Assembly: GCA_002633005.1 (NCBI GenBank)
Contig: NMRA01000155.1
Coordinates: 703,536 to 767,535 of the forward strand
Length of the DNA: 64,000 bases
Direction of reading: 5' to 3'
Origin: Phoronis australis
Taxonomy: Eukaryota > Animalia > Phoronida
Position 1 is the stretch's first letter; every line of letters begins with the position of its first letter. Below are positions 1 through 11,000 of this stretch, piece after piece. Under the pieces are notes generated by a model. That model was not told the origin of the DNA and made no database searches. It was given only the letters and a program-made list of their open reading frames with translations. Both the position numbers and the translations under genes were made by a program.

Positions 1-238
1 GTGATTGCTGCACAAAACTTAGTGCAGAACAATAGACTAATGTCATTATTTCACGGTGGTAGCGAAATTAAATTAATCACGGAAGAGTGTGCTTTTAAAT
101 GACATGAACTTCGCTCAAGATTTTGTTCAGCTCTCTTTTTACCCAAACTGTTCCACAGCCATATATGAATACAGCCTTGCACCAAGGCTTATGGTGAACA
201 GCTACAGAGAAGCCTGCAACATGGACATCTTTACCAAC

Positions 239-3200
239 CTGCTCCTTCAGAATCTCTTTCATTTTCTTCACATCTTCAATTTGTTTGATGTTGGTAGCGG
301 CAAGTGTCGTCTGCTCCTGACGCCTGATTTCTTCCAGTCGTGCTTTCTCATCGTGATATTGTATTGCCAACTTTTGCAGCTCTTCACCCTCTTTTTTATC
401 AGAAATCTCCTCACGAAGCCTTTCTTTGAGGTGCTCACGAATTCTGAAAAGTTACAAAACATTACTTTTTTACTGCCAAGAGTTTACAAAAATGAATGCA
501 ATAGTTCAGTTTGTCTTCCACAAAGACAATTAGGGGAAACAAATCCATAAAAAATGAGTCCATCAAACAATGGGATTTGTATAATAATATGCAGCAGATG
601 ACTTACTGAGCCTTTTGGAAGCTTGCCAGCTGTTTCCTGTCTTTGATGCGGGATAGTGCCTTAGACTGGTCACTCAGAACACCTTCCTCATACTGACGAC
701 GGGCAAGTTCAAGCCACTCCTTGTCTTGGCCTTCTGTCGCTGCCTCCTTCAGTCGCTTCAGCTCTACCTGGGCATCGCGCTCCTTCAGCACCTCAGTCAA
801 TGTCAGTGCACTCTATTGGTAGAAACATAAAACACAAGATAAGGACTGTTCATTGGGGTAAAATATCAAGTTGCATTATAGTTTGAAAACATTCTACCAA
901 TATTCTCAGGTGAAAATTAAATTAAACTTACTTACCTTCAACCGACTGACCACAAAATATGCACACACTCAGAGTATTTTATTTTAATGATAACTGACAA
1001 ATTAATACGATCTTTTCAGTTTTAATTAATACAACATATTTATTGTACCAATTATGAGTGCAGTCAAACAATGAAATTAGGAAAAATAAAACATATCACC
1101 CAATGACCAACCTATATGTTAAAGCAATGAGGACAGAGCAAGCGGAGAAGAACACCATTTAAAGGTGGCTTAAGCTAGATCAGACAGAAACCTAATGAGT
1201 CTGGTTTGATTTAAGAAAGGACGTCTATCTGAAGAAGCGTCTTCTGCAAAGATTTTGACAACGAGGATGTTGTGCATATACTTACATGGAAGTTCTTCAC
1301 ACGGTCTGTTTGATAGTACTGCTGGGTCTTGGCTTTCTCTATGGCCTCCTTCCGCAGCCTCGCCTGTAGCTTGGCCTCCTCCAGATCAATTTGCTGCTTC
1401 TCTTCTTCGTCTTTTGCTTCACGAATCTTACGCGCCTGCAGCTTCTTCTGACGTGTACCCTGTAGGCAAATATAGGAACTACATGCATGCAGAGGTGCAT
1501 GGGAAATGCTAATTATCATTCAATTAAAAGGTAAAAAAAATCCATTTGGAAACAAAACAAACTGTTTTTATACAGAAATAACGTCATAATGCTGAGGCAC
1601 TTTTTAATGTGCAACTGAAATTCGACTACGGTAGTTGGTATAATTACCAATAAACAGGTTATTCACTCATAAGTAGCTCAATTAAGGCTGTCAAGTTTGA
1701 AAGTATAGGACAATAACTCCTAAGCAGTAGGATTCATTAGAACCACATGACTGCATTATGCATTGGAATAATTATCTTTTAATTGCTATTCTTTAATGAT
1801 GCCTTTACATAAATAGTGTGGTTGTGACAAGTTAGCTGAACCACCAAAAACTCACAGCAATGGTATTCGCCCAATTTTTCACCGTCTCGATGGCATTGTG
1901 ACGCTCCTCGTCTTTCTGTTTACGTAGTTGAGTGCGAGACTGTACCTCTAGCTGTTTCTTATTGAGTTGATACTGAATGCGATCAAAGTCACTTTGTGTC
2001 AAAACAGCAACCTGTCGAAGGTCTGTGCCAGACGGAAGTTGGAAGCCAGACTGCAGTGGCATCTGTTGGCCAGAACTCACTGAAATATGCAAAAAGCTAT
2101 TTTCCATGTTCTTTAACTGCATCACATCTATTCTGGGGAATGTCTTGAACATCAAAATGTCAATAACCTGTCAATGCTATGAGAGAATGGCATCACAGTA
2201 CAGAACCAAAGTTACATGACACGGATCACAACAATGGCTGTCTCCTTTAACTTTTTCTATCTGGGAGTTTTGATTTCGTNTTGGTTCGACGTCAAGACTG
2301 AACAATACTCAAAGAAGGACAAATAGGCTGACTTATGCACGGCAGTAAATATTTTTCTGAATCACAGACGTATTTTTAATTTTCCTCTTTCAATTTGACG
2401 CTATAGTTAAATGGACCTACACTTTTAAGTTACACGACACGACGTTGGACCGACGTCGGACTCAGCACCACATATGATTTCTCGCACCGCGTCGCACCCG
2501 CGTCGGCCCAACGTCAAACGTGCCCGACGCTGAGCCAACGTTGGTCCGACGTCAAGACTGAACAATACTCAAAGTAGGACAAATAGGTTGACTTACACAC
2601 TGCGACTATAAAAAAATAATATCGCAAGCGTCAAATTTACTTGGAAGTGCAATACAGACTTTTAAAAGCCGCATCTCGTAGACCGCCGACCAACGTCGGA
2701 CCAACGTCAAAAAACCGACCGCGACCAATCGACCTCGAGCCAACGAATGGCGACGTCGGCCCAACGTAGTGATGCTATCTGGGGAGCTTTGAAGGGACTC
2801 GGAAATCGGCATGCTCAAAACTTGGAACAATGACGGTAAGATGTTTCTTTCCAAATTGACTTGGGTTCGAGTTGACCTGAGATAACTTTTCCCTATTACC
2901 ACCAATTGCTTGAAAAGAAAGATTATTGTTTACAATCCGACTCCATTATGTGATTTCTCAATCTTCTCATATCATGGCATGGGGATTTCGAAAATGTATT
3001 ACTTTTAATGCTTGGTTCCTTCTTATTCATAAGTTTTCTAAGGTAAGGGGAAATCAGTCATTTTGCAGTTGTTATGACTTGGATATTGATACTAAACTAG
3101 CCCGGCACAGTCAAAAGCAAAACGAACTGCCACCTGCAATTCAATCGCAATTATGCGTGATCTCTTATGATAGAGATGAAGAAATTCTGATTATATTTAC

Positions 3201-3243
3201 CTTTAGATTGACCTTTTCGCCTTCCATGCATAACTGTCGACAT
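239..3243 (-). CDS. CFAP210: Cilia- and flagella-associated protein 210 (CCDC173), first five exons; gene continues beyond the left edge
   Basis: Phase-consistent GT-AG exons 3243-3201 (MSTVMHGRRKGQSK), 2079-1856, 1459-1286, 812-607, 443-239. The joined protein is coiled-coil, with motifs I recall from CCDC173 (GRR near the N-terminus, DLRQVAVL, W.NTI.G.R.KKL, YQTDRVK.FHSAL.L.EVLKERDAQ). Confidence 0.85.
2257..2784. repeat. CpG-rich MITE-like remnant with internal duplication
   Basis: ttgg(t)ccgacgtcaagactgaacaatactcaaag..gactta occurs at 2281 and 2541, with many ccgacgt/caacgt motifs and a terminus-like gctatctggg at ~2775-2784. An N at 2280 suggests an assembly junction. Confidence 0.45.
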
Positions 3244-3339
3244 CCTAGTCGAGTTTCGATTATAATGGGCTTGTTTAGAGTAAAATCCTCAAGTTAAGAA
3301 TCAAATTTGTCACCTAAAACTGTTGATCTACAAACTTCA

Positions 3340-3427
3340 CACCACTTATCGAGCGTTGTCAAGAGAAACAAGATGGTCGCTGGGATATGACGTCACGTTC
3401 GTATAATCAGCGCTTCTAGCGGTAAGA
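3340..3427. promoter_or_regulatory. Putative bidirectional promoter CFAP210/PHOSPHO2 with CRE, X-box-like and YY1-like motifs
   Basis: Seen in sequence: GTTGTCAAGAGAAAC 3355-3369 (X-box-like), AAGATGG ~3370, perfect TGACGTCA 3388-3395, and a + strand donor gtaaga at 3422 that would end a non-coding first exon. Function is inferred. Confidence 0.5.
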
Positions 3428-3602
3428 AACTTCTTTAGAAAAAAGATGCAGCTGCTGCAGAGTTGACAGGTTACGCCAGTGTTGTTTAATGTAAAGATAT
3501 GCGTTAACTGAAAATGTTTCGGTGAGAGGCAGCGGTCCTTTTGACGACCAAAATCATGAGTTTTTATGCTGGTAGTGGCACTGGTCGGATATTATAATGG
3601 TC

Positions 3603-3760
3603 CCTGGCGTGCGTTCAGTAGACGCTAGTACCTACGCTAGGACCTAGCTAAAACCTAGTCGAAGTCACGTGTTTTCATTTGAAATACACGGCAATATCTC
3701 ACGTAATCTCGCGAAGTCTTGCTTTTTAGCGAGGTGTTAGCGTTACTGAACGGGAGGCTG
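3603..3760. mobile_element. Small MITE-like inverted-repeat element
   Basis: cgttcagtagacgctagtacct (3612) pairs imperfectly with aggtgttagcgttactgaacg (to 3751). Confidence 0.4.
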
Positions 3761-4510
3761 GACTTGGTCGGTGGAGAACCAGCAAATGCTCCTCTGAATA
3801 ACACCCCGTTGTGCTATTCAGTGATTGCCTAGGTTCTCTATCGGGTACCAGGATATCCGGTCAGTGCCGTCATGTTCATCACCAGGTCCCTTGTTCACCT
3901 GAGCAGGAATCATTTCAGAAAAAAACATGATTGGGACTGTACGTTTTGGGCCAATTATCCCTGCTCAAGATGGAAAGGTCAACCTGCTGAAAAATTTGCT
4001 ATGCCCCCGCTCAGTCACCATGCGCCAGTGACCATGGTACACCATCACCCTCATCGACTCTGCCTTAAGTAGCCCGCAGAACCAATGTCTTTCTGCTGTT
4101 TCAAAGCGTGGAATTTCACATGCTTTTTTACATATTGGGATTGCTGTCCTAACTGCATGGTTCCCATTCAGTCAGCCCCCATCTAAAGCCTTCGATCGCC
4201 GTCATAACATTAAATCCTCATGAGAGACCGTCTGGAGTTGTCAAAGGGGCAACTATGGATGGTCTGGGATCAAGAGAAAATCATGCACTGATCTATTTGG
4301 CCGATTGCATTTTATTGCCCGTAAAGTTATAATGGTTTGATGAGCTCCACTTGAAGAAACATGACTTGCATTATCTCCTAGACGTTCAATGACCCCCAAC
4401 CTGTGACTGGACAAAGCCTTTTCAAATTAGTGTACATGTAAGCCGGTGGAGCGTGTATGAGACCCCTGGGGTCCCATTCAAGTCCTCACGACAATTCCAC
4501 GTTATGGTAG

Positions 4511-4970
4511 GGTCTCTTTCGGAAACAAGGTTCAAAAGGGGCTCTTTTGAAATTGGATTTTCATGGTTTGTACTTTTGCATTCAATTAAGTTGGCAAGAT
4601 GCCGATTATTTTCTTATTTTTTATCTTTAGACACAGTTTATAATTCAATTAAATCACCAACAGATGCGTCGTCACACTTCAGCTGCCTACAAACTGAAAC
4701 CTTTAAGCCTGGTTACTGTCATACAAGTTTCTAAAAGAGCCCCATGTTACTTGTTTCCTTAAGACCACGCTCAGGGAGCTTTTTGGGTGTGGTCTTTTAA
4801 GTAAAATTGAGTTTTTTAAGAGTCCTCAGGTAACTGTTTGGCAAAGTTTTGTTCCAAAAGAGCCCCACTCACTAATTGTTTCCGTAAGGCCTGATGCTCA
4901 GGGAGCCTTTTTCGAAGTCGTCTTTTAAGCAAAATTGACTTGAATTCTAGGAGTCCTCAGGTAAATGTTA
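4511..4970. repeat. Inverted-repeat element plus ~130-bp tandem duplication of its right end
   Basis: ggtctctttcggaaacaag..ggggctctttt (4511-4550) is inverted against aaaagagcccc..cttgtttccttaagacc (4733-4766). The 4733-4850 segment recurs at 4856-4970. Confidence 0.45.
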
Positions 4971-5892
4971 GGTAATTTTTTGTTTGACTGTGCAGTCATG
5001 GATACAGGATTTTGTCTTGGTGGGTTCAACATACTGGCTGTTTGAAAGTCCTTTCTTTACAGCAATGCAAAAAGTACTGGACAGGAGGTACCCCTTTGGA
5101 TTCGCACTTGTGGCTTTTTTGAATAACTACAGTGAATGCATCTACGGCCTATGTACACTAACCTGACCCAGTCCTGCTCTAAGTTTCAGTGTTTCTTAAT
5201 GTTGAACTTTTTATTGCAGGTTAACCAGAAAAGCAAAGAGTTTGCTTTCAAGACAGATACAGTAGGTAGCCTTTGTGTCACCTCTTACCATACCTCATTA
5301 GAAAGTTGGCCTGGGTTCCGACTGTGTGTATTTCGTCAATGGATTTGTACATAGATTGTGGAAGACAGAATGCTTCGATATCAGGAGCACTGATGACTGG
5401 TGTAGCTTCTTTTATTTGGGTCAGGACAATCAACGCATTAGGAATGACTTCAAGACAATATAATACTGGATGAAATAAATTAAACCATCATGGAATAAAC
5501 CTGTAAATTCTTTGATCTGTTTGACTTATAAAGTTTAATTCCCTGCAAAAGATTATGTTGGAATAGCTTTTTTTCAAAAAAGTACTATAACTATCAGCCA
5601 AAAATAATGTCATCGTTTCAGTTTTCTTGACCCAGGGTTGTATCAATGGTTGGTTTATGACCTGTGAGCTCTAACAAAAGATCACAAGAATGCTTAACAA
5701 TAGACTAGTAGGTTGTTTTCTGCTCTTGGAAGCCGCTGTCTTGGGTTGCAGCTGCACGGGGGATATTTGTAATATAATAAATTAAAACAATATGTAAATA
5801 TACACAACACCCCTTCCTGGTACCTGTTTTGAATCACCATAGTTTGAATACACAGGATAGTTGAGAAATATTCTGTTTTTAGGCATTCCAAC

Positions 5893-6636
5893 ATGGCAAA
5901 AAGGACTACTTCTCTGATTGCACTTGATTTTGATCACACTGTGGTGGATGAAAACACTGACGTGGAGGTACAAAAGCTGGCACCAGGTGGCGCTATACCC
6001 ACTGAGCTGAAAAGCACCTATAAGAGCAGTGGATGGACCAAGTTCATGGGTAATATATTCCGTTATTTACATCAGCATGGGGTAGGACCACAAGACATTC
6101 TGCAACTGATGGCCGACATCCGTTTTACAGACGGAATGAAGGAACTGTTGTATTATTGTGCGGAAAAGAAGTATGAAGTCATTATAATTTCAGACTCCAA
6201 CTCTGTGTTCATTGATCATATTTTGGACGTGCACAAGTTGAAGCCTATAGTTCATTCAGTCTACACAAATCCGGCTCAGTTTAACGAGGAAGGGCTTTTG
6301 GAAATAGACTTCTACCATGTTCAGGACTGGTGTGATTTGAGTACAGAGAATTTATGTAAGGGACACATTCTAGAGTCACACGTTAAAGAGAGGCAAGCTG
6401 GCGATGTGACCTTTGACCGCATTGTCTACATTGGTGATGGGGGAAACGATCTGTGCCCTTGCCTCAGGCTTTCAGAAAATGACTTAGCGTGTGCACGGAA
6501 AGGCTTCAAGCTAATTGAGAAGTTGGGTTGTGTGCAAGGTGGAAAAAAGGAAACAGTTCCTGAGCTTAAGGCACAAGTGCTGGGTTGGGAAACAGGACTT
6601 GATATTGTGCAGGCTATCCAGCCAAAAACTTTATGA
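5893..6636 (+). CDS. PHOSPHO2: HAD-family pyridoxal-phosphate/phosphoethanolamine phosphatase, PHOSPHO2-like (247 aa, single coding exon)
   Basis: HAD motif I DFDHT, motif II ISDSN, NLCKG (motif III Lys) and motif IV YIGDGGNDLCP. A splice acceptor at 5882 just before the ATG implies non-coding 5' exons. AATAAA at 6955. PHOSPHO1 versus PHOSPHO2 is not separable by motif; the symbol leans on gene neighbourhood. Confidence 0.9.
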   Translation: MAKRTTSLIALDFDHTVVDENTDVEVQKLAPGGAIPTELKSTYKSSGWTKFMGNIFRYLHQHGVGPQDILQLMADIRFTDGMKELLYYCAEKKYEVIIISDSNSVFIDHILDVHKLKPIVHSVYTNPAQFNEEGLLEIDFYHVQDWCDLSTENLCKGHILESHVKERQAGDVTFDRIVYIGDGGNDLCPCLRLSENDLACARKGFKLIEKLGCVQGGKKETVPELKAQVLGWETGLDIVQAIQPKTL

Positions 6637-8081
6637 AGTCACGTGGTTAGTCTTTACCCGGATTTTCCATTGGTAAGCCCATGGGCATGTATTTGGAAAA
6701 TGAAAATTTTCAGGCGTTTTAGCAACATCAAATGAACGCCTGGGCGTATATTCGGAAAAAGGTGGCGTGTAAACGGAGTCAGTTTTGCTGACTTTGATAT
6801 GTTTTACTAAAAACTACTGTTTTTTAAATTTTATGTTTATAAATGCATAGTTCTCAAACATCTTGTTCGTTTTTATAATGGATAAATTCTCCATCAAAAC
6901 TGAATTTGTTACAAAAAGTTGACTGGGAGTAGGCTTTTAAGAGGAAATCTTCCCAATAAACGCCCCACTATCTGGACACTTGACCCCAGAAGTTGTAACA
7001 CCAAATTAATGCTCTGTTTTTTGTTTGTTTGAAAATCGAATCAGTAAAGTGGTAAAACGATGCAGTTTTTTTTCTTATTGTTTGACAACTCACACTTTTC
7101 AAATGCTTGCCTTTGTGCAGCTTTTCCTAAAAAAAGACCTTGATTTGAATTATTCTGTGACGCTGGTTTCAAAATGTTTCTGGTAGACTCTAGAATTATG
7201 AACAGATGCTTTTTTGGCCATATGGTTACTGATTACTTTGGTTTGTAAATTTTCTTGAAATTGAAGAATTGACATACAGTACAAGACTAATCACTAGACA
7301 AAATACCGTTTCACAGTAATGACGGCCAATTCTTTTAAAAGCAAAAAATACCGTTAAAAACTGATTACAAAATGACTTGGCCACTAAAACCAATTGTCCC
7401 CTTCATTCAGCATCACGAGGGAAGGCTTCTGAAGGTGAATTTGGCTTCTAACCAGCCATCATGACAGATTATTCTAGGTCATTTTTTCTGATTACTTTTG
7501 GCTTGTATTGTATCTATTACAAACCTCAAGCCATCTTTTACCATTGCTTTGATTTGCCTTAGGGCGTAATCCTTTGTTTTAATGCAAATTTATGTTCCTA
7601 ATTACATGTGATAAAACTAATTAATAGTCCACCAATTGCTTCAACAGAAAGATTCACTGGCGCTAAGCTGAAATATTTCAAGTTAAGTTGGTTATCTGAG
7701 TCAACGTTAGTAATTGTAGCACTGCCTTGTAGTGTTCGTGTGTGTGTCACTTAATGCTTTTAAATTTTTTCCTGATTCAAAAAATAATGTAATGTTTGTT
7801 AAAAGAGGAAAACAACACCATATATCCGACACTTTATGGTCCATGTATTGTATCCATAGTCAGCTGCCCATCACAGCTGTCACACAGCTACGAAATAGGG
7901 TTAAAATAATCTACTTTTCAGCAGCACGTTACTGATCACATTCCTCCAAGGTGCATGCTGTTGCTGTGAAAAAGGAAATGAACACAAGGCGTGTTCCAGC
8001 TTTATGAAACCTGCGGTTCAACATTGAAGAGTCCCTGCTTGGTGATGTGTATCTTCATTAATCTCTCAATCAGTTGTAACT

Positions 8082-11000
8082 TCAGAGGCAAACTTGTTGG
8101 ACATAGTCAACATGAAGGTTTAAGACGTCCACATTGTCAACTGAGGTTGCTAGCTGCATGATGCCCCAGGTCTCATTATTCGACGTCTCGGAACATGCGT
8201 AGGACAAGATGGTAGCATTATTCCCAGCCAAGGCTCCTGTGGCAAGAAAAACAAAGTCTGAATAAAATTATATTTTTGTCCCGGTGGTGAATTGTTATAT
8301 CAAGCTTTATATGGGATATAAACAAAATTCTTAATTCTTTATCTGCATAAAAGAACGTGTTCATCAAGTTGATTGTCCACCCACAACCAAAGTTTTCTTC
8401 AAACAAGCCTGGCTGTATATAAAATATCACTTCAGGGAACAAAGGTCAAACCCAGATTGACGCCCGGGTGAACTGTACATGTATATTTGGAAGTGACAGA
8501 TATATGCTCAGGTATATCAACACTAAAGCCACATGGACACTGGACAGAGATGACACATTAGGCTTCGTACTGTTACTTCAAATGTGCATTGAACGAGTCC
8601 TCACCAGAAAGGCTATGTAAAGTTGTCTTTTAATGATTCGTGAGGCCATGTCAGTTACCCGGGTAACAGATTCATGTTACTGTGATTTTTTGAATAATGT
8701 GTCTTAGGACTCAGGTTCAAAGTTAGCATAAGCTGTAACTTTACTTTTTCTGGTCAAGTTTGAGGCTTCAAAAACAAATTGGGGATATTTTTACTATAAA
8801 AACAGATTCACCATTGGTAACACACAAATACGTATAAAATATGCTTCAGTGAAGTCGGGCAAGGTTGGTTGGCAAAATGAGCCAACTAAACCATGAGAGC
8901 TGGTAATTCCACGCTCAGCATGATGCTATCCATTTTCACAGCTGGAAACTTGGCAAAGTTGAGATGTGCACAAATCAAAGTAAGGAGGGCAGATTCATCC
9001 ACTATTGTGGTTTTCAAACTGGCCATATTTGCGTAATGTGTAATGTGCACCCACTCCTGAACAAGTGGGTGCATAATTAGAAGAGAATCCACAACATATT
9101 TTGAGTTGAATCTACCCAAAAAGCATGCAGAAAACACTTTGTCACTATTATCAAAGCAAATAATTTAAGTGAAGATTAAGACACACCTGCCACTGCAGAT
9201 AACACTTGGTTGTTGGCCTGTGCTCTGTAAAGAACAGTGTGGCCTGACAGTTGAACACCTCGAGGGAATTTGGCACCATTCAGCTCAAACAGCAATGGGG
9301 TGCCCCCTGCAGCAGAACCAACTAATTGGTGAATAGCGCCACCTGGCTGCTGCACTGTCACTGAACAAGCACTGGTGTGAGGTGACGGGCACACAGTCTG
9401 ATGGTCCGTAGAAATCTGAAAATGAGATCTAAGTTTAATATACATAATCAAAAGAAATTGGCGCGAAATTGTTGCCTCCCAAAACGTCACTTCCAGAGTA
9501 AAGGACAAATAATTAACTTACGAAAAGCTGTAATTAAGTGAAAAATGTGTCTGGGATAATCAAAAAACCTTATTTTTGCTAAAAATGACATAAAAAAGGT
9601 TGCCTTTTCCTTTAAGTGGAATGGCTCAAATGAACTATTAAATTTACACAAAGTCCTTCCCTTCTCCTAATATCGCTGTCACTCTGGCACTCATCAGACC
9701 AACAGGTGGCAAATTAACCTGACTAATCCATATTTACAAACTTCATCTCCAAGCCATGAATGGCTCAAATACACTATTCTACATTATTTAAATTTGTACA
9801 GCATTCTTCAACTCTGCTAACATCGCCGACACTCTGTGGCACTGATCTTGACCAATAGGTGGCAAATTGACCAGATGAATCAATATTTGCTATTAACTTC
9901 ATCTCCAAGCCATCTTGTATTTCACACTCCCACCTTCACATGGCCATCCACTTAGTAACCAACAACTTATAGGAATTAGGTTACTATGGTCATAAAACTG
10001 AGCTTGTGTAACTTTTAGGAAGTGTGTATTGCCAATGTTCACTTTGTTTATAGGACAACATGCTCAGTGAGTGTGGCGCACTATATGCAAGACAATACCA
10101 GTTCAGGGAAAGAAAATGATATACACAAGTAAAGACCTTCTCACCTGCAGTCCCATTTCTTTAGCTATTGCAGGTGAATTGATAAGGTTCAGGCCATTAT
10201 TGGTGACTGGTTTCAGCAGACCAGACAGTACAGCAGCAGACATGTAAGAACCAGCATTGGACATGCTGTCACCTGGTGGACAGATGGAAACTATAGCAAC
10301 CAATATTGAGACTTGATATATGAACCGTAAAATATGTCATGGAAATACACACCACAAATAAGTGCTCACAAAATAAAACAACATTGACTTATCAATAAAT
10401 TTTACTTATATTAAGACTTCATACCAAATATCTATCAGGACTGAAACATAACCAAAAGCTATTACAAAGAACTATGAATTGCCAAAAATGTTTTTTGACA
10501 AGCAGTGTAGTCTTTCAACATTCTGTTTAAGGGCTGTTCCAGTAAAATCTGTATGGGAGGGGGGAAGGCACCTTTTTTTCGCACCCACCACCCATATTTT
10601 TCATTTATTTCTTCAGCCTACCACCCGTAATTTTTTATAAATTTGAAATGCAACCACCAGTATTTTTTTTTGTTCTTGTGGTTGTCTGCACAGGCGCTTG
10701 AGTTTATCTGTTCCTCCATCACCACTAACGTCATTCATTACTAAGAAAACAAATGTTTCTTATAATTATATGGTTATTAGCCATCGAGAAATTCGAGCAC
10801 CTGTGGTTAAATGGTGTTTTGGGCATGCCAGTGAGGAGATCGGAGGGAGTGAAAAAGTCGAAGCTCTTTGCAAGTTCCATTTTTGTTTCAGTTTTTGATT
10901 CTGTAGGGATTGTTTATAAAATTTACTAAAATTACCCACCATCAAACATTTATGGCCCAATGAAACAACAACGACCTGTAAATTTTAATTTTTTTGAAAT

